From contig NC_043022.1 in NCBI RefSeq assembly GCF_006345805.1, forward strand, positions 12,648,001 to 12,712,000: DNA of 64,000 nucleotides, given 5' to 3'. The stretch's first letter is position 1. Each line of letters opens with the position of its first letter. This document shows, piece by piece, positions 62,771 to 64,000 of this stretch. This stretch comes from Octopus sinensis. Taxonomy: Eukaryota. The notes beneath the pieces were generated by a model that was not told the DNA's origin, searched no databases, and was given only the letters and a program-made list of their open reading frames with translations. The position numbers were made by a program, and so were the translations under genes.

Positions 62771-64000
62771 TAGATACACAAATGACACTGAAAGGGCGCA
62801 CATACACAGAAACCAAGAGGTACAGTTACATTACACACAAAACAAACTCAAGAACAACACACACGCACACAATGCATATATAGAGAATCATGCACTCTTC
62901 TTTAAACAAAGGCATACACACAAGGACATTGCTCTACAAAATACACACAGGTAAATATATGCAAGGGAACGGTCTGTGAAATACATAGAAAGGTTTTCAT
63001 ACACACAGCGGACATGCTCTATGAAATACAAGGATACGCTTTGTCAGACACACACGCAAATACATGCAGAGGCACACACACAAAATAAGCTGACAGCTAT
63101 ACACCCGCACACAGAACACCAATAGGTGAGGTTTCACTTCATTGTTGACGGTGAGACAAATTGGTTATGAGGGGGAAATTGGTGAAATTGAATAAAGCAT
63201 AAAATACATGAACGTGAGAAGATATTGTTTAAGGAAGTTAAATTGTAGAAAACGGACATTTTGTGAGAATTATCGAAATGCAAGGAACAACGGTAGAATA
63301 ACACAGCATTTTGTGTGTGTGTGTTTAATAAGTATTTAATATGAATAAATATATATATATATATACACACACGAACGTATATGTGTCTGCATGGTACACT
63401 TTTCATTCATACATACATACATACCACACACTGGGGTTATATATTCCATTGAAACAGTTCACTCAACCCACACAATTTCCAATATCGACAAACACTACAA
63501 CCCATACACACGTTATATACATACAACACCCCATACACAATATTATATACACACTACAGCCCATACACACACTATTTACAAAGTCTCTACACGATACAGC
63601 AATAATAAACACACTGTAATATAATAGCATAAACAATTCTTCTACACATTGTGTTTTATATACAACACGAAATCGTTCTGCGATTTCAGAAACTGTTTCT
63701 CAAAGAGACAGGCGACAGTTTGGTGTGTTGTGGTGCCAGTTGTATGTAGTGGTACGGGTTGTAGTATACAGTAGTGTGTGTTATAATGATGTGGGGATGG
63801 TAGTGAACTGCGGTGTGTATAAATGTGTAGTGTGATACAGCTGTGGTGGTGGTGGTATATAGCGGTGCGTTGTAGTGTATAATGCTATGTTACGGTGGTA
63901 GTATGCGATGTTGTATGTAGTAGTCTGTGTTCGAGTAATGTGACGGTGGTAGTATAGAGTGGTACATTGCAGTGCGGTTGTGTCTTTGTGGTAGTATATG

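Overview
AT-rich animal genomic DNA. Its repeat landscape (tRNA-derived SINEs, RTE, CR1 and Dong/R4 LINEs, Tc1/mariner, Helitron, long TA/CA/AAT microsatellites) points to an Octopus-type cephalopod; this is inferred from repeat families I recognise, not from a database search. The only well-supported host coding sequence is one minus-strand exon (4103-4349) encoding the cytoplasmic tail and signal-anchor of an M13 metallopeptidase of the endothelin-converting enzyme / Drosophila Nep3 type. The remaining ~57 kb looks like its 5' intron(s), running up to a CpG-retaining, promoter-like zone at ~61.4-62.4 kb. Most ORFs in the track are microsatellite or repeat artefacts. The most interesting unexplained signals are: (i) the exon begins AG|ATG at the same phase-0 position where vertebrate ECE-1 swaps its alternative N-termini, with a candidate micro first exon (MEWVIGMQ|) at 11400-11423; (ii) a ~750-bp stretch with 37 TGCA tetramers on a ~12-bp lattice; (iii) head-to-tail stacks of one SINE family in (AAT)n tracts, next to a LINE-like 3' end that shares its terminal motif; (iv) a perfect 561-bp tandem duplication carrying a foldback MITE; (v) decayed hammerhead-ribozyme motifs. 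All coordinates and counts were read by hand, so the edges of old repeats are approximate.
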